Shown here: in pieces, positions 63,961-64,000 of the stretch
Position numbering within the stretch: the stretch's first letter is position 1
Layout: each line of letters begins with the position of its first letter
DNA from: a virus
Lineage: Duplodnaviria > Caudoviricetes
Strand: one strand, 5' to 3'
IMG/VR virus record: IMGVR_UViG_3300033388_005412
Coordinates: 128,001 to 192,000 of that record
Length of the DNA: 64,000 nt
Position numbers and translations under genes: made by a program
The notes under the pieces: model-generated
The model's database searches: none
What the model was told of the DNA's origin: nothing
Seen by the model: only the letters and a program-made list of their open reading frames with translations

Positions 63961-64000
63961 AATGTCCAAAGTGCGGCGCAACTATTGATGAATCAGACAT

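Noticed and set aside
1-64000. Integrated prophage or bacterial chromosome segment
   Set aside because: No integrase, att-like junction, host housekeeping operon or rRNA is seen; the gene content and uniform small-ORF arrays fit a large phage.

Overview
The window looks like a 64-kb segment of a large, AT-rich (about one third GC by eye, not computed) tailed dsDNA phage genome. It has strong AAGGAGG ribosome-binding sites and sigma70-type promoters. No integrase, housekeeping operon or CRISPR array is visible, and the host cannot be assigned. Positions 1-14.3 kb are mostly on the minus strand: an intein-split terminase-small-subunit-like gene, ribosomal protein bS21, a metallophosphoesterase, an RlaP-like nucleotidyltransferase, a tRNA cluster with an HNH gene inside it, an Rnl1-type RNA ligase and an AAA ATPase, plus a plus-strand RecD2 helicase. 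From about 14.5 kb to the end, all convincing genes are on the plus strand, mostly tightly coupled small hypothetical ORFs. The main observations there are: (i) two paralogous ~650-aa proteins, plus an N-terminal-only copy, carrying the motifs of single-chain two-barrel (DPBB) RNA polymerases (GxK..K[G/S], RxP, GGD[F/Y]DGD, IDGFK), alongside a separate sigma factor; (ii) four SpoVG paralogs, three of them followed immediately by tRNA-like or highly structured non-coding RNA candidates; (iii) further structured ncRNA candidates and phased repeat arrays; (iv) a PncA-PncB NAD+ salvage pair, a macrodomain and a disrupted NADAR/DUF6939-like gene. All family assignments come from motif recognition by eye; no searches were run.
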